Under the pieces are notes generated by a model that saw only the letters and a list, made by a program, of their open reading frames with translations, was not told the DNA's origin and made no database searches. This document shows, one piece after another, positions 48,201-58,070 of a stretch of DNA of 64,000 bases; within the stretch, counting starts at the first letter, position 1, and each line of letters starts with the position of its first letter. The stretch comes from an uncultured Propionibacteriaceae bacterium (lineage in GTDB: Bacteria; Actinomycetota; Actinomycetes; Propionibacteriales; Propionibacteriaceae), in the NCBI GenBank assembly GCA_964421325.1, contig CAYQXH010000002.1, forward strand, positions 6,159 through 70,158, given 5' to 3'. A program made the position numbers and the translations under genes.

Positions 48201-50791
48201 ACGACCGGCAACTGCGGCTGGGCGCCGGCGTCCTCGCCAATGTCCTCGCCGGCGGCTTGGGTGTCACCGCCGGCCTCGCCCTCGGCCTGCCGTGGTTCGC
48301 AGCGATTCCCGCGTCGTTCCTCGCCGGCACGCTCGGATGGCTGCTCGGCACCGGAATCGGCGCGGCCCTGACACCCCGCCTCAGGTCCCGGCGCCACGCC
48401 CCGGCCGGGCTGGACGTCTACCGCCTGGCCGGACTGCCTCCGCAGGAGGCGGCGAACGCCGGCGGCAAGGGCAGGTCGCTGGCTGTACTCACCCAGGCCG
48501 GGCACCCGGTTCCCGACGGTTGCGTCCTGCTCCCCCGGGCATTCGCCGGCGACCAGCCGACGGCGGCCGCAGCCGCAGCCCTCGCCCGTGAGGTGGCCCG
48601 GCTGGAACGAGCCGGGCACCGGCGGTTCGCCGTGCGCTCCTCGGCGATGGCAGAGGACTCGGCGAACGCCTCCTTCGCCGGCCAGTTCGAGTCGGTCCTC
48701 GACGTCCCGGCAACCGAGGTTGCAGCAGCGGTGGCCAGGGTGCGCAACTCGCGCAGCGGCAGTCGGGTGCAGGCCTACAGCGCCGCCACAGCTGCCGGCC
48801 TCATCGACACGGTTCCTGCCGAGGAGGAGATCGCCGTGGTGGTGCAGGCCATGGTCCCGGCCGAGCAGGCCGGGGTCCTGTTCACCGTCCACCCGCTCAC
48901 CGCGGACCTGGCCACGATGCTCGGCAACGTCGTGGCCGGCTCCGGTGAGGCGCTGGTCTCCGGCTCGGCCTCGGCCGGCGAGTTCACCTTCGCCCGCCCG
49001 GGCGGCGACTACTCCGGCCCGGAGCCGCTGCGTCCCTTCGCTGCCACCCTGCACGCCGAGGCGCACCTGGCCGAGATCGCCTTCGACGGCATGCCCCTGG
49101 ACATCGAATGGGCCGTCGCCGGCGGCAAGGTCTGGCTCCTGCAGGCCAGACCGATCACGACCCTCTCCGGCTGGAACCCGGTGACAGCGGAGCGAAACGA
49201 CTCCCTTGCCGGGAACTGCCTGTGGTCGGCGACGAACCTCAGCGAGGCCAACCCTGAGGCCCAGACACCGCTGACCGTCTCAGCGGTCACCCACCTCCAG
49301 GCCAACGGTGGCCCATCGATGGCCCTGCGCGGCCGTGAGATGGCCGGCTACATCGGAGGCCGGCCGTACGCCAACATTTCGGTCCAGATCGCCGCGCGGG
49401 GCAGGAAGGCCGTGAAGGATCCCCGTGCGGCCTACCGGCAGATCGCGCCCTGGTGGGGTGACCTGCCGGACTGGGTGCCCATCCCGATGCTGCCGCTGAC
49501 CAGCAGCGACTGGCAGCGGGAGGGCCTCGGGCTGCTGCTCGGCCTCGCGAGGTTCCAGTCCCACCGCCGTGCGCTGCCCAGGTTCCTGGCCGAGAGCCAG
49601 GCCAGGTGCCGCCGGCTCACCGAGCGGATCGCCGGGACCCGGACAGCAGAGGAACTCGGCCGCCTGTGGACCGGGGAACTGCTCCCGGCGGCCCTCGCTG
49701 CGTTCTGGGCGGTGATCGTCTCGGGTTCGGACTCGCCGGCTCGGCTGGAGGTCGAGCTCCGGGATCGACTGGGGGCCGACGACGCGGCTGCACTGATGTC
49801 CAACCTGGCCGGCCTCGCCGGCGGACTTGAGAGCCTCGGCCCGGCGGCCGGGCTGCAGGAGGTGCTGGCCGGCCGGCTGAGCCGCGAGGAGTACCTGGAC
49901 CGGTTCGGCCATCGCGGCTACAACGAGGTCGAACTGGCCTGGCCGCGACCGGCCGAGGACCCGGGCTGGCTGGACCGGGCACTGGCGGCGATGAGCGGCG
50001 CCACCGACGTTGCCGTCGCCGGCGAACGCCAGCGGGTCGCCCATGAGGAAGCGATGGCCCGGCTCACCCGCAGCGACCCCCGCCTGGCCCGCCGGATGCA
50101 GCGACGGCTGCTCGCTGCTGCCCGGCAGGCCGCCCTGCGTGAACGAGCCCGCTCGGAGGGAGTGCGCTGGACCGGGGTCGAGCGGGCCTTCGCCCTGCGG
50201 GCCGGCGAACTCCTCGGCATCGGCGAGGGCGTGTTCTACCTCACGCTGCCCGAACTGCTGGACGGGCTGGCCGGGGACCACAGCGCGTTCGCCAGGATCG
50301 AGCTCCGCAGGGCCACCCACCAGCGGTATCGCGAACTGCCGGCGCTGCCGGGAATCATCGTCGGGCGTTTCGACCCGTTCGCGTGGGCGGCCGACCCGGA
50401 CCGTCGCCAGGACGTGTACCTCGCCGATGACCCGACCCGCGGAGCAGAGCGGGCGCCGGCAGGCAGGGACGACCTGATCACGGGTTTCCCGGGCGCCCTC
50501 GGCGTGGTCGAGGGGTCGGTGCGCTACCTGGCGAACCTCGCCGACGCGGACCAGTTGCTGCCCGGCGAAGTGCTGGTTACCCACCTCACCAACATCGGCT
50601 GGACGCCGGTCTTCCCGAGGGCAGCTGCCATCGTCACCGACCTCGGCGCCCCGCTTAGCCACGCTGCGATCGTCGCCCGCGAGTTCGGCATCCCGGCCGT
50701 GGTCGGTTGCGGCGACGCGACCAGTCGGCTGCCGACCGGAACCCGGGTCCGGGTCGACGGCGGCCGCGGCACGGTGGCGCTGATCGCCTGA
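48197..50791 (+). CDS. PEP-synthase-like phosphotransferase with rifampin phosphotransferase domain order and N-terminal TM anchor
   Basis: GGKGRSL, AVRSSAMAED..SFAGQFES, DIEWA..LQARPIT ATP-grasp; RFGHRG; C-terminal TNIGWTP, LSHAAIVAREFGIPAVVG His-swivel. Confidence 0.88.
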   Translation: MNDRQLRLGAGVLANVLAGGLGVTAGLALGLPWFAAIPASFLAGTLGWLLGTGIGAALTPRLRSRRHAPAGLDVYRLAGLPPQEAANAGGKGRSLAVLTQAGHPVPDGCVLLPRAFAGDQPTAAAAAALAREVARLERAGHRRFAVRSSAMAEDSANASFAGQFESVLDVPATEVAAAVARVRNSRSGSRVQAYSAATAAGLIDTVPAEEEIAVVVQAMVPAEQAGVLFTVHPLTADLATMLGNVVAGSGEALVSGSASAGEFTFARPGGDYSGPEPLRPFAATLHAEAHLAEIAFDGMPLDIEWAVAGGKVWLLQARPITTLSGWNPVTAERNDSLAGNCLWSATNLSEANPEAQTPLTVSAVTHLQANGGPSMALRGREMAGYIGGRPYANISVQIAARGRKAVKDPRAAYRQIAPWWGDLPDWVPIPMLPLTSSDWQREGLGLLLGLARFQSHRRALPRFLAESQARCRRLTERIAGTRTAEELGRLWTGELLPAALAAFWAVIVSGSDSPARLEVELRDRLGADDAAALMSNLAGLAGGLESLGPAAGLQEVLAGRLSREEYLDRFGHRGYNEVELAWPRPAEDPGWLDRALAAMSGATDVAVAGERQRVAHEEAMARLTRSDPRLARRMQRRLLAAARQAALRERARSEGVRWTGVERAFALRAGELLGIGEGVFYLTLPELLDGLAGDHSAFARIELRRATHQRYRELPALPGIIVGRFDPFAWAADPDRRQDVYLADDPTRGAERAPAGRDDLITGFPGALGVVEGSVRYLANLADADQLLPGEVLVTHLTNIGWTPVFPRAAAIVTDLGAPLSHAAIVAREFGIPAVVGCGDATSRLPTGTRVRVDGGRGTVALIA

Positions 50792-50794
50792 CAC

Positions 50795-51775
50795 CTACCC
50801 GAGCCGGAGTCCGGCGATCGGGTGGGTCGGGACCGTCACGGTGCGGAGCATGCCCTCGAGCAGGGCGAAGAACGCGCCGCCGTCGACGGCCTCCACCACC
50901 TGGGCGTTCGCGGCGAGCCCGAACTTCCCCCAGGCCATCGCGGAGTAGCCGCGGGTGAGGTCAGATGCCGTCTCCACGTCCACCCGGTAGGGCGCCTCGG
51001 CCAGGACGAGTTCGGGATGTAGCAGCACGGCAAGGGTCAGCGAGTCCGGATGGGTGGAGCCGTCGATGCCGACGGACTCGTCGTAGTCGATGGTCGCGTC
51101 GCACATCGACTTGAAGAACCGGGCCAGCGGGGTGCCGAGCTCGCCCAGCCGCTCGTAGTCGTCCCGCTTGATGGTCGCGTCCCGGAGCGTGACCGGATCC
51201 CAGGTGATGAGGTGGAGGTCGTTGAAGCCGGCGGCCATCACGATCTGGGCGGCCTCGGGGTCGACGTAGAAGTTGTACTCGGCGCTGGCCGTGATGTTGC
51301 CGCGACCGTTGTTGGAACCGCCCATGATGTAGAGGCTCTTCACCCGGCCGGCGAACTCCCGGTCCGTCACCACGGCGGTGGCGATGTTGGTGAGCGGACC
51401 GATGGCGACGATGCTGACCTCGCCCGGACGTTCCGCGGTGAGTCGCAGCAGGGCGTCCACGCCGTGCTCCTCAGCGAGGACGGCCACCGACGGGTCCATC
51501 GACAATCCCCCGGACCCGTCGCCGTGGACGTCGTTCGCCGAGACCCACTCCCGCAGCATCGGCCGGCGGCAACCAGCGTGGACCGGCACCCGGCCGAGCA
51601 TCCCGGCCACGTTGAGGGTGAGTTGGGCGTTGGCCACCTGCTGCTCGAAGCTGACGTTGCCGGCCACCATCGTGATGGCGAGCAGGTCCGCTGCTGGATC
51701 GAGCAGGCCGAGCAGGATCGTGATGCAGTCGTCCTGGGCCGTGTCGGTGTCGATGATGACCGGAATCGGTGTCAT
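50795..51775 (-). CDS. Nucleoside hydrolase (IUNH family)
   Basis: IIDTDTAQDD, VHGDG, IGPLTNIA, AEYNFYVDPEAA, HPD. Confidence 0.93.
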   Translation of the reverse strand: MTPIPVIIDTDTAQDDCITILLGLLDPAADLLAITMVAGNVSFEQQVANAQLTLNVAGMLGRVPVHAGCRRPMLREWVSANDVHGDGSGGLSMDPSVAVLAEEHGVDALLRLTAERPGEVSIVAIGPLTNIATAVVTDREFAGRVKSLYIMGGSNNGRGNITASAEYNFYVDPEAAQIVMAAGFNDLHLITWDPVTLRDATIKRDDYERLGELGTPLARFFKSMCDATIDYDESVGIDGSTHPDSLTLAVLLHPELVLAEAPYRVDVETASDLTRGYSAMAWGKFGLAANAQVVEAVDGGAFFALLEGMLRTVTVPTHPIAGLRLG

Positions 51776-51852
51776 TGCGCTCCGTCTGTCGTGAGGCCGG
51801 AACCCTAGCGGGCCGCCAGGCCGGTCGGCGAACCCCGATCAGTGCCGGTGAC

Positions 51853-52254
51853 TCACTTGATCGTGGCGATGAACTGCTCGACCAGCGCCTGCGCCTGCTT
51901 CAGGGCGTCGCCGGCGTCGCAGCTGTTGGCCGCATAGGCCTGCTTGAGCGTCGTCCCGGCAAGGGCCCGGATCTGGATCGCCTGCCCGTCGGCGCACTTC
52001 ACGGCCTCCCGGCCGCCGAGTGCCCGGACACCGGTGGTGAGGGTGGTCCAGACGCCGTCCGGCAACTTGTCCGCGGTCTGCTTCCCGTCCACCGTGTAGG
52101 TGAACTCGGCCGGGGTCACCACGAGCGTGTAGTCGCCACCGGCATCGGCGGTGTAGCTGACCTCGATCCGGTCCCAGTCGGCGGTACCGATCACCTGCGA
52201 GCAGCCAGTGAGGACCAACAGTGCAACCAGGACCCCGACCAGGACTCGCCTCAT
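51853..52254 (-). CDS. Lipoprotein of unknown function
   Basis: MRRVLVGVLVALLVLTGC lipobox; two further Cys. Confidence 0.8.
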   Translation of the reverse strand: MRRVLVGVLVALLVLTGCSQVIGTADWDRIEVSYTADAGGDYTLVVTPAEFTYTVDGKQTADKLPDGVWTTLTTGVRALGGREAVKCADGQAIQIRALAGTTLKQAYAANSCDAGDALKQAQALVEQFIATIK

Positions 52255-52353
52255 GACGGTGAGCGTAACCGGAGTGGACTCCCGGTCAAGACGTGGGTGC
52301 AGGGAACGGCACGGAGAGTGCGCAGGATTCGGTAGCAGCCGTGCCAGGGACCA

Positions 52354-52471
52354 CGTCCCGCACAAATGGGGACAGTCCCCTTTCTTGTCGCCCGCACGAA
52401 AGGGGACTGTCCCCTTTCTTGTCGCCTGCTGTCTCCCGGCAAAAGGGGACTGTCCCCTTTGGTGCGGGACG
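52354..52471. repeat. REP/BIME-like cluster of three GGGGAC(A/T)GTCCCCTTT units
   Basis: Cores at 52368, 52402 and 52445; outer flanks CGTCCCGCAC...GTGCGGGACG are inverted; TTTCTTGTCGCC directly repeated. Confidence 0.9.
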
Positions 52472-52561
52472 CGGGAGCGTCCCTACCGGCACATCCCGGG
52501 CCGCGCGCGACACCCGTGGACGCGAGCTGGGCCGGGCCTGGAGAAGGGCCACAATCGCAGG

Positions 52562-53836
52562 GTGTCCGCGGTGATCGAGCCCATCGGTTCCGGGCAGGTG
52601 CAGGTCGCCTGGCCGGGCCACGCTGCCGGATCGGCGACCTACCGCCGGATCGTGATCGCCCTCATGGCTGGTGGGCTGGCCAACTTCTCGCTGATGTACT
52701 TCGTCCAGCCCCTGCTGCCGATGCTCGCAGCCCACTACCGGGTCTCGGCAGCGGAGTCGGCGCACGCACTCTCCGCCACAACCCTGGCGATCATCGCCGG
52801 CCTGGTGATCGCCGGCCCGCTGGCCGACCGGGTTGGCCGGGTAGCCGTGATGCGCTGGTCCCTGCTCGCCTCCGGGGTGCTCGGCCTGGCCTCGGCCTTC
52901 GCCCCCAACTGGGCCACCCTGGTCACCGTCCGCGGCCTGCTCGGGTTGACCCTCGCCGGGCTGCCGGTGGCGGCGCTTGCCTACCTGCGTGAGGAGGTCG
53001 ACACCGCCTCCCATCCCAGGGCGAACGCCGCCTACATCGCCGGTACGGCTGTCGGGGGTGCGGTCGGACGGCTGCTGCCCGGCCCGCTGGCCGTCCTCGG
53101 CGGCTGGCCGCTGGCCGCAACCGTGCTCAGCCTGGTCACCCTCGTCGCCGGGATCGCCCTCTTCCTGCTGCTCCCCCCGGCCCTCGGCTTCGCCGCCCAC
53201 CCGGTGAGCCTGCGCCACGTGCTGCTCGGCACCGTGGGCGCCGCCCGCGACCGGGTCATCGTCCTGCTCTGCCTGGCCGGCTTCACCGCCATGGGTACCT
53301 TCGTCGGGATCTACAACGCGATCGGCTTCCGGCTGGCCGCCCCTCCCCTGCTGCTCGGTGGCGCTGCGACCCTGGTGTACCTGGTGCATCCGGTCGGGAT
53401 CGTCGCCCCCGGCATCATCCGCCGGCTGAGCGACCGGATCGGGCGCGGCCTTGCCACCGTTGCTGCGGTGGCGCTCCTGGCGGTCGGGGTCATCGTGGTC
53501 TCGTTGCCGTCGCTGGCCGCCGTGGTGATCGGCCTCGGCCTGGTCACGTTCGCGTTCCTCGGTGCCCATTCGCTGCTCAGCGGTTGGGTGGTCGACCGTG
53601 CGCGCCGCACCGGGGTCGGCACGGCGCAGGCATCGAGTGCCTACCTGATCACCTACTACCTGGGCAGCACGATCGCCGGAGCGCTGGCCACCTGGCAGTG
53701 GCAGGCCGGGGGCTGGAGCGGAGTCGAGACGCTCGCCCTTGCCCTGACCGCTGCAGCCCTCGGCGTCACGCTGGCTGCCACCAGCGCTGACCGGAACCCG
53801 AAGGTCGCGGACGACGAGGACGCCGTCCTCGACTGA
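52562..53836 (+). CDS. MFS transporter (YnfM-like)
   Basis: FSLMYFVQPLLP, GPLADRVGR, AYLREE, YIAG..GG..GR, ASSAYL..YYLGS. Confidence 0.9.
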   Translation: MSAVIEPIGSGQVQVAWPGHAAGSATYRRIVIALMAGGLANFSLMYFVQPLLPMLAAHYRVSAAESAHALSATTLAIIAGLVIAGPLADRVGRVAVMRWSLLASGVLGLASAFAPNWATLVTVRGLLGLTLAGLPVAALAYLREEVDTASHPRANAAYIAGTAVGGAVGRLLPGPLAVLGGWPLAATVLSLVTLVAGIALFLLLPPALGFAAHPVSLRHVLLGTVGAARDRVIVLLCLAGFTAMGTFVGIYNAIGFRLAAPPLLLGGAATLVYLVHPVGIVAPGIIRRLSDRIGRGLATVAAVALLAVGVIVVSLPSLAAVVIGLGLVTFAFLGAHSLLSGWVVDRARRTGVGTAQASSAYLITYYLGSTIAGALATWQWQAGGWSGVETLALALTAAALGVTLAATSADRNPKVADDEDAVLD

Positions 53837-54697
53837 TCAGCCCTGGAACGCCCGCCACACCGCGGCGATGTCCTGGCTCCCGGCCCCACCTTCGGCTGTG
53901 GCTGAGTACAGCTCGTCGAGGGCGGCCAGCAGGTGCTGCGGCATCCCTGGGGTGGCCTCCCGGGCCAGCCGGACGTCCTTGAGGAGCCCGACCACCTCGA
54001 ACTGCGCCTCGAACCCCTGCTCGAGCATCGCGCCGCCCTTGAGCTGGGCGTAGGGGCTGTCGGCGGCTGCACCCTGCAGGGCCTCGAGCACCAGAGCCGG
54101 GTCGAGGCCGAGCCGGTCGGCGATCGTCAGCGACTGCGCGATCCCGGCTGTGAGGGTGGCGATCCAGGCGTTCAGGGCCAGCTTCAGCGCCGAGGCTGCC
54201 GGCGCCGCGTCCCCGGCAACGACCGACCTGGTGGCGATCGCCCGGATGACCGGCTCCACCTCGGCGAGCGCTCCGGCCGGCCCGGCCAGCAGCGCGGTCA
54301 GCTTCCCGCCCTCGGCCGGCGCCTTGGTTCCCAGCACCGGGCCGTCGACGAACCTGACCCCGGCGATGGCGGCCTGCCCCGCGAACCGGGCGGCCGCGGC
54401 AACGCCGACCGTCGAGGTCGGCAGCCAGATCGTGCCCGGACGCATGGCCGGCAGCGCCTCGGCCATCACCGTCCCGACCGCCTCGGCGTCGAACAGCATG
54501 GTGAGCACGATGTCGGCGCCGTTCACGGCCGTGGCCACATCCGGCGCGACGCGCGCCGGACCGCCAGCGAAGTCATCGGTCCGAGCCGACGACCGGTTCC
54601 AGACCGCGGTCGCGAGGCCGGCGCCGCTGATCCGCCGGGCCATCGCCGCCCCCATCGTGCCGAGTCCCAGAACCGCGACCTTCGGTGTCGTGCCCAT
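53837..54697 (-). CDS. NAD(P)-dependent beta-hydroxyacid dehydrogenase family
   Basis: LGLGTMG, WNRS, DGPVLG, KLALN. Confidence 0.9.
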   Translation of the reverse strand: MGTTPKVAVLGLGTMGAAMARRISGAGLATAVWNRSSARTDDFAGGPARVAPDVATAVNGADIVLTMLFDAEAVGTVMAEALPAMRPGTIWLPTSTVGVAAAARFAGQAAIAGVRFVDGPVLGTKAPAEGGKLTALLAGPAGALAEVEPVIRAIATRSVVAGDAAPAASALKLALNAWIATLTAGIAQSLTIADRLGLDPALVLEALQGAAADSPYAQLKGGAMLEQGFEAQFEVVGLLKDVRLAREATPGMPQHLLAALDELYSATAEGGAGSQDIAAVWRAFQG

Positions 54698-54896
54698 GCG
54701 TTGCCCTCCTGCTTCCCGTCGTGCTGCTGCAACACCACCCAACCACACCCCGTTCCCGGGCAGGGCACCCGACTTCCCGGGCTTCGGTCGTAGAATCCCC
54801 CAGAACCGCAGTCACCAGCCAGATCGGGGCATCGACATCCAATTCGACCTGCCCACCACCTGGTTCCCGGAAGGACTCACCTGGGAACTCCTGGTT

Positions 54897-55667
54897 GTGC
54901 TGGCCGTGGTGGCCCTTGCCGCCGGCTGGGTGGACGCGGTCGTCGGCGGCGGCGGGCTGCTGCAGCTGCCGGCCCTGCTGCTGGTGCCGGGCATCCCCCC
55001 GGTCCAGGCCCTGGCCACGAACAAGTTCGCCTCCATCTTCGGCACCGCTACCAGCAGCGTCACCTACTACCGCAGGACCCACCCGGACCTTCGGACTGCA
55101 CTGCCGATGGCCGGCTTCGCCCTCGCCGGGAGCTTCGGCGGCGCCAGTGTCGCAGCCCTGCTGCCGGTGGCGGTGTTCAAGCCGATCATCGTGGCAGCCC
55201 TCCTGGCCGTTGCCGTCTTCACCGCCACCCGGCCGACCCTGGGCGCGGAGACCCGGCTGCGGTTCTCGCCCCGCCGCCATCACGGCAGCGCAGCCCTGAT
55301 CGGTGCCGGGATCGGCTTCTACGACGGCCTGCTCGGCCCCGGCACGGGGACGTTCCTGGTGATCTCCCTGGTCAGCATCCTCGGCTACAACTTCCTCGAG
55401 GCCAGCGCCAAGGCCAAGATCGTCAACTTCGCCACCAACCTCGGCGCGCTGCTGCTGTTCGTCCCGCACGGGGCGGTGCTGTGGGGGCTCGGCGTGGTGA
55501 TGGCTGCGGCGAACATGGCCGGCGGCTACCTGGGGTCGCGAACCGCGATCGCGAGGGGCACGGGCTTCGTGCGGGTGGCCTTCCTCGTCGTCGTCGCAGC
55601 CCTGATCGTCAAGCTCGGCGTGGACGTCTGGAACGAGAGCCTGCGGACGCTCCTCGGCTCGCCCTGA
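54897..55667 (+). CDS. TauE/SafE (TSUP) family transporter; start uncertain
   Basis: GWVDAVVGGGGL, LATNK, GFYDGLLGPGTGTF, AKIVNFATN. Confidence 0.88.
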   Translation: MLAVVALAAGWVDAVVGGGGLLQLPALLLVPGIPPVQALATNKFASIFGTATSSVTYYRRTHPDLRTALPMAGFALAGSFGGASVAALLPVAVFKPIIVAALLAVAVFTATRPTLGAETRLRFSPRRHHGSAALIGAGIGFYDGLLGPGTGTFLVISLVSILGYNFLEASAKAKIVNFATNLGALLLFVPHGAVLWGLGVVMAAANMAGGYLGSRTAIARGTGFVRVAFLVVVAALIVKLGVDVWNESLRTLLGSP

Positions 55668-55767
55668 CCATCCGGGTTCGACGGCACCCGGCGGGCCGGC
55701 CGTTGGGTAGGCTTCGACCGCTGCGCCCACCGTCAGGGGCGTGGCACCAGTGAAGTGAGGTGCTGCT

Positions 55768-56532
55768 GTGTCGGTCGCGCTCGAAGCACGCGGTCTGGTC
55801 AAGATCTTCGGGAACAACCGCGCGGTGGACGGGGTCGACCTCACCATCCCGCGCGGCACCTTCTACGGGATCGCCGGACCCAACGGAGCCGGCAAGTCGA
55901 CCACGCTGCGGATGCTCACCGGCCTGCTGCGGCCCGACGCCGGCAACGCGGTGCTCGACGGCATCGAGGTGTGGCCGGATCCGCTGCAGGCGAAGGCCCG
56001 GGTCGGCTTCGTCCCGGACAATCCGGTGCTGTTCGACCGGCTCACGGCTGCGGAGATGCTCGAGTACGCCGGGATGCTGCGCAAGATGGATCCGGGCGTC
56101 GTCGCCCACCGGTCGGCGGAGCTGCTGCGGGTGCTGGACCTGGCCGACGAGGCGGAGAAGCTGATCGCCGACTTCTCCCTCGGCATGATCAAGCGGATCG
56201 GGCTCGCCGTGGCGCTGCTGCACAGCCCGCGAGTCCTGATCCTCGACGAACCTTTCGGCGCCCTGGATCCGGTCAACACCCAGGTGATGGAGGACATGCT
56301 GAAGCTGTACCGCCGCGGTGGCGGGACGGTGGTGTTCGCCAGCCACGTCATGGACGTGGTGCAGCGGCTCTGCGACCGGCTGGTCGTGATCGGAGCCGGG
56401 CGGGTGCTCGCCGAAGGCACCGTTGCCGAGGTGTCCGGCGGCCGCACCCTGCAGGACGCCTTCGTCGAGCTCGTCGGCGGCCGGGACCTCGAGGAAGGTG
56501 AGCTGGCTTGGCTCTCGTCCTCCTCCGGCTGA
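55768..56532 (+). CDS. ABC transporter ATP-binding protein
   Basis: GPNGAGKST, FSLGM, ILDEPF, SH. Confidence 0.93.
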   Translation: MSVALEARGLVKIFGNNRAVDGVDLTIPRGTFYGIAGPNGAGKSTTLRMLTGLLRPDAGNAVLDGIEVWPDPLQAKARVGFVPDNPVLFDRLTAAEMLEYAGMLRKMDPGVVAHRSAELLRVLDLADEAEKLIADFSLGMIKRIGLAVALLHSPRVLILDEPFGALDPVNTQVMEDMLKLYRRGGGTVVFASHVMDVVQRLCDRLVVIGAGRVLAEGTVAEVSGGRTLQDAFVELVGGRDLEEGELAWLSSSSG

Positions 56533-58070
56533 GGCTCGCCATCGCCGGCCGCTCCAGGGGCAGGGGCAACGCGGCGCAGCTCTACTTCGCCACCACCTGG
56601 GTGCTGGGTTCGATCGGCGGCCTGATCGCCGGCATGTTCATCGCCACCCTGGTCTCCGGCAGCGGCTACGGCGACCTGCTCCTGCTGGCCCTGTTCTGTT
56701 CGATCTTCATCCCGTGGGTGGTCGGTCCGATCGTCGAGCCGACGCTTGCCGACGGCGTGGTCGACCCGCAGCGGCTGGAGCAGTTCCCCCTCACCGGCTG
56801 GCAGCAGGTGACCGGCCTCCTGGCCGGCGCGATGATCTCCCCCACCGCGACGTTCACCTTCCTGTTCGCGGCCGGGGGCGCCCTTGCGATCGGCGAGTCG
56901 CTCCCGGCCAGGCTGGCGTCCCTGGTCGCGGCCGTCAGCTACGCGGTGATGTGCGTCGCGGTCTCGCGGTCGGCCCAGGCCGTCCTTGCCGGCGCCCTGC
57001 GGTCCCGTCGCGGGGCCGACCTGGCTGCCTTCGCCGCCAGCCTGATGGTGCTGGGGATCTACCTGTTCGCCCAGCAGGCCCGCAGCGCGACCGCGGTTCT
57101 CGGCGGCCAGTCCGCCTCGGGTCCGCTTGGCACAGTGCTCGGCTGGACCCCGCCCGGCGCCGCCGGCCAGGCGATCACCAGCGCGCGGGAGGGTGACTGG
57201 CTGGGCTTCGCCGTCCGGATGGCGGTGGTCCTCGCCACGATCGGCCTGGCCATGGCCGGCTGGGCCTGGGCGCTCGGCCGTCGAGTGGACGGGGTCACGT
57301 CAGCCAACCAGAAGACCCACCGCCAGCACGCCGTGGTCGCCCTGCCGCTAACCCCCGCCCTCCTGCGACGGTTGCCGGCCGGGCCGACCTCGGCAGCCAC
57401 GGCCCAGCAGTTGCGCTACTTCTTCTTCCGCTCCCCACGGGCGATCCAGACCCTGATCATCCCGCCCGTGATGGGGGTGGTGGTGTCCCACACCAGCTTC
57501 GTCGAGTACGGGTTGACGGCGCAGGCCGCAGCCTTCGCCGCGATGTCGGTGGTCGCGGGCAGCTTCAACCTGTTCGGCTACGACGGTCCCGGCTTCAGCT
57601 ACCTGCTGATCGGGGGTGCGCCGCTGCGCCGCGTCCTCATCGGCAAGGCGATGGCCCCATTGCTCTACCTGGTGCCGCTGGTCATCGCCTTCAATCTTGC
57701 CGAGAGCCTGCTGCGGGGCAGCCAGGGCGAGGTCATGACCGGAATCCTCGCCGGCTGCGCCGTGGTGGCCCTCGGAGTCGGGATCGGGTCGCTCTCCAGC
57801 GTCTTCAACCCCAGCGACCAGTCGCGGGTGGGGCAGCGCCACGGCTCGTTCCTCAAGGTGTTCGCCTGGTTCATGGGCTTCTTCTTCTTCACCGGTTTCG
57901 GCGGCGCACTCTGGTGGATGCTGTCCTGGATGCTGGACCCGCTGCTCACCGGCGTGATCATGACGGCAGGCGCTGTCGGGATCGCGGTCGTGCTGCTGCG
58001 GTGGTCCGGGAGCAGGCTCGAGCGGGATCCCTACCCGGTGCTGGCCAAGCTGGACCCCCGGGTCTCCTGA
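56508..58070 (+). CDS. ABC-2 type permease
   Basis: ~12 TM helices; NLFGYDG motif; overlaps the ATPase gene. Confidence 0.85.
   Translation: MALVLLRLRLAIAGRSRGRGNAAQLYFATTWVLGSIGGLIAGMFIATLVSGSGYGDLLLLALFCSIFIPWVVGPIVEPTLADGVVDPQRLEQFPLTGWQQVTGLLAGAMISPTATFTFLFAAGGALAIGESLPARLASLVAAVSYAVMCVAVSRSAQAVLAGALRSRRGADLAAFAASLMVLGIYLFAQQARSATAVLGGQSASGPLGTVLGWTPPGAAGQAITSAREGDWLGFAVRMAVVLATIGLAMAGWAWALGRRVDGVTSANQKTHRQHAVVALPLTPALLRRLPAGPTSAATAQQLRYFFFRSPRAIQTLIIPPVMGVVVSHTSFVEYGLTAQAAAFAAMSVVAGSFNLFGYDGPGFSYLLIGGAPLRRVLIGKAMAPLLYLVPLVIAFNLAESLLRGSQGEVMTGILAGCAVVALGVGIGSLSSVFNPSDQSRVGQRHGSFLKVFAWFMGFFFFTGFGGALWWMLSWMLDPLLTGVIMTAGAVGIAVVLLRWSGSRLERDPYPVLAKLDPRVS

Noticed and set aside
48197-50791. 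Calling the gene rph or ppsA
   Set aside because: Domain order excludes ppsA; substrate pocket unverified and no rifamycin-associated element recognised upstream
52354-52471. Repeat cluster as a mini CRISPR array
   Set aside because: Units vary in orientation, spacers are short and partly duplicated, and there are no cas genes; fits a REP-like element
58031-58070. 40-bp convergent overlap of apbE and the ABC permease (also 21432-21451)
   Set aside because: Short 3' overlaps are common in high-GC genomes; no evidence of function
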